64,000 nt of DNA from NCBI RefSeq assembly GCF_009914755.1, contig NC_060945.1; one strand, written 5' to 3'. A program made the translations under genes and the position numbers. The DNA is from the human T2T-CHM13v2.0 reference genome, Homo sapiens. Below the pieces are notes generated by a model. That model was not told the origin of the DNA. It searched no databases and saw nothing but the letters and a program-made list of their open reading frames with translations. Positions 60,206 to 64,000 of the stretch are shown one piece after another; within the stretch, counting starts at the first letter, position 1; every line of letters starts with the position of its first letter.

Positions 60206-61716
60206 TGTTATGGGATCCTTGGGGGTGTAGATTTTCTGGCCTAAAACCTCTGTCCAGTGGTGCCTTTTCCTGAGTTTTGCTCAGCTCGCTGGGCTAGTTC
60301 CACCCACTCAGCCTGGCAGGCTGTGCTTGGCTCAAGCTACTAGCCTGTATCCCATGCCTCCCAAGGGTGAGTTAGGCATGGAGTGGTGAGGGGTGTGTCA
60401 GCAAGCGTGAGGTCCAGCCTCTATGCAGTCAGACCCTTCAGCTACTGCAATGCAGGCAGCACCAGGTGCGGGCATGGGTGCCAGCTCTCTGCAAGGCTGC
60501 AGCTGGACAGGCACCCCACAAGCAGCTGACACTGGAGAATGTGGTGGCACCCAGAAGCTCTGAGATGCCAGGAACCACAGGGCCTCAAAGAGGGACTAAC
60601 AGCCCTGGTTCGGAGAGCTCCCAGGTCTGGGCTCCTACAAGGGCTGTAGCTCTTCTCTCCCTCTCCGCCCACAACGAGGTGAGCAAAGGGCATGTTTCAG
60701 TCCTGTTTGTGGGTTTGTGGTACAGCTCTTCTAGACTTGCCATTTGGCAGGCCCCAAGTTCTCGTCCTGCAACCAGAAAGATGAGGCACACAGACAAGTG
60801 GAGGATGAGCAAGAGGAAGAAGAGCTTTATTGAGCAGTAGAATAGCTCAGAGACCTGCTGTAGATAGCTCTTTTCTGTAGCCAGGGTGTCTGGACGAGTG
60901 TTCAGCTCTCAGCAGAGTGTAGAAAGCCCTGGGTTAGGTTGCTCCTCTCTGCAGACAGGTCTCCCTGGAGTGGAAGCTCCTCTCTGCCGCTGGTTGTCCC
61001 TACATTCTCCAGCTATCAGCAAAGTAGCTCCTAGCTCCTCTCTGCAGCTGGTTATCTGCTTCTCTGCTCTGCTGTGGCTGAGCCCAGGGCTTCTGTGGGC
61101 CTCAGAGCGGGGAAGGGCATGCTGATTGTTACATGGGCAGCCATGGGCAGGCCCACGTAAAAGCACCACAAGATCCCCCTCAGACTGGCAGCCTGCCCCC
61201 AGGCTTCAGACCTTCCCCGGCCTAAAGGCGGGGCTTCACGGGGACCTGCCCCCTTCTGCCCATGAACCTGCCATCTTTCTACTGCTGTTCAAGGCAACCA
61301 GGCTGCCTGACTTTGCTCCTATCTCCTGGCACAAAAAAAGAGAGAAACCAGACATCAAGAACAGGCACCTCCGAGCCTGCAAGGACAGGGGCCTTCCTGA
61401 GCGAGAGTGCAGGGAGGTTTTCCCAGGCCTCCAAGAGTGTAAGGATGCCTGAGTCTGTAGCCGCTGTTTGGGCAGCTGCAGCTGCACCCGGGAGTGGGGC
61501 AGGACTCCTGCCTGCTCCACGGAGCGAGGCTGGGTATGCAGCCCTGGTTTGGGCAGCTGCAGCAGCACCCGGGGAGCTACCACCCCAACTCAGAAGGGGT
61601 GGGGCTCCAGCTTGTCCACAGTCCCCTGGCTCCACACAGTAGGCAGCCCCAACCGCGCCTCCCTGCTCCAGCCGGGTGATGGCAGTGGCAGGTTGTCTGG
61701 AGGGCTGCTACCATCA
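60206..61716 (-). mobile_element. MER52-family ERV1 solo LTR (~1.5 kb, GC-rich)
   Basis: Termini tgttatgggatccttggggg and ggctgctaccatca; internal gcagctgcagc repeats; minus-strand AATAAA at agctttattg. Confidence 0.85.
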
Positions 61717-62327
61717 CGGGAACCAAATGAAAGTAAAAGTAAGCCACAGTGCTTAGAACGGTTTCAGACAGGACAGAAGCCAAATTACAAAAAGATGGAG
61801 GCATAAGGTCAAAGATAGACTGTCATATCTTGATTTAACTAATTATTGTATGAATTGAAGAAATGAATGCCCTAGAAGATAGCAGCTGAGCCTGAAGATC
61901 TGAGTAAAATAAATCAGTAAGTGGGAGAGAAGAAACAAGACAGTAGGAAACAAGGGGCCAAGACGTAAGTTAGGTGTGGAGTACCCAGTAGCTCTGTCAA
62001 AGTGGGTCAGTAACTGTGCAGGTCACTGTAGAAAATGTTGACTTCAACTTCCTCTTTAAAATCCTTCTGGAATCTGTATTTAAAAATGAAACAACACTAT
62101 CCTAAACATTTTATGTGGATAGAAATTTGTTTTCTTCCCCAGATATGTTTGATTTGTGTCTTAAGTTTTAATCCTTTAGATATTTTGGTACCATAAACAG
62201 GAATGCAGTTAGTACAGTGTATTTTGTAGACAATAGAAAACAGCAAGTATATTTTTCAACCCTAAGAAACTGTACTGTAAAGTTTGGTGGGACTTCTGTA
62301 TCCACCACATTTAAATAAACTTAATAA

Positions 62328-62670
<343 letters not shown>

Positions 62671-62686
62671 ACATATATAGTTCTAA

Positions 62687-62800
62687 ACACACACACAGAG
62701 ACACACACAGACACACACACACACACACAGAGACACGCAGACACACACACACACAGATGCAGTCATAGTGCACTACAGCTTCAGACTCCTGGACTCAAGT
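62687..62800 (-). repeat. (CA)/(CAGA) microsatellite joined to a short AluJ-like fragment
   Basis: CA tract followed by tgcagtcatagtgcactacagcttcagactcctggactcaagt. Confidence 0.7.
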
Positions 62801-62876
62801 TAACACACTGTTTTCTCATGGTGCCTTCTTTTCACTGCCCATCCCCCTTTGCAAAATGTTCAGCAATATACTCTCA

Positions 62877-63244
<368 letters not shown>

Positions 63245-63671
63245 TCATAAAATTACCTCAAATATCAAAACCTGTAATACAGTAGGCTTTGGGCATTCAG
63301 AAGGAATCCTGAGACCTCTATAAAATCTTAAATTCACAAAGCATGTAATTTTCTCCCTAAAATATGGACAAGACATAACAAAGTGCCACAAAATCAGGTC
63401 AAGATGTAGAAGCTTGGCAGATTGTGTGCATAGGCCTTGAGTTAATTCCCAGAAGCTCTTACAAGAGTATCACAATTTCTCAAATTAGTGTCTTAGTAAA
63501 ATTAAAATGAGATTCTAGGGTCTTTAATCACTAATTATGAAGAATGTTATATGTCTGACCTATAGACGTTTTAGGAATTTGAATTTTATACAATTTTTGC
63601 TAATAGATCCCTCCATTCTTTTCGAGTAAAGCCCACTATCTTCATCCGAAAAAAAAAGAAAGATTTTCTCA

Positions 63672-63762
63672 GAAAACCCTTGTGTATTGTTGGTAGGAAT
63701 GTAAATTGGTACAGCCATAATGGAAAGAAGTATGGAGGTTTCTCGAAAAATTAAAAATAGAG
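63672..63762 (+). mobile_element. L1 ORF2 3' fragment
   Basis: ttgttggtaggaatgtaaattggtacagccataatggaaagaagtatggaggtttctc. Confidence 0.85.
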
Positions 63763-64000
63763 GGCCGGGCGCAGTGGCTCATGCCTGTAATCCCCAAACT
63801 CTGGGTGGCCAAGGTGGGGGAATCACTTGAGCCCAGGAGTTCAAGACCCACCTGGCCAACATGGTGAAACCCCATCTCTATTAAAAATACAAAAATTGGC
63901 TGGGCATGGTGGTGTTTGTCTGTAATCCCAGCTACTTGGGAGGCTGAGGCATGAAAATCACTTGAACCCAGGAGGCGGGGGTTGTAGTGAGCCAAGATCA
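63763..64000 (+). mobile_element. Alu (J/S boundary type), cut by window edge
   Basis: ggccgggcgcagtggctcatgcctgtaatc. Confidence 0.95.

Noticed and set aside
60442-61806. Overlapping ORF cluster or CpG-island gene
   Set aside because: It lies almost entirely within a GC-rich MER52 LTR, where stop codons are scarce.

Overview
AT-rich primate (human-like) non-coding DNA, either intergenic or deep intronic; I cannot name the locus from sequence alone. I find no credible protein-coding exon or RNA gene: the ORF track consists of Alu-, L1-, LTR- and microsatellite-derived or chance ORFs. The window is a mosaic of about 26 Alu copies or fragments, several nested L1s (one with a twin-priming inversion), solo LTRs (LTR22, truncated MER11, MST, THE1B, MLT1, MLT2, MER52, LTR16-like), L2/MIR relics and one full-length dead HSMAR1 mariner with all three catalytic Asp codons changed to Asn. 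The most unusual signal is a set of locally templated copy events in unique sequence: a perfect 72-bp inverted copy flanked by hairpins, a 217-bp copy 3.8 kb from its twin, an old ~175-bp copy inside an L2, fold-back micro-rearrangements and several 24-132 bp tandem duplications. Repeat subfamily names come from my recall of consensus sequences, not from a search. I see no evidence for a new multi-gene system.
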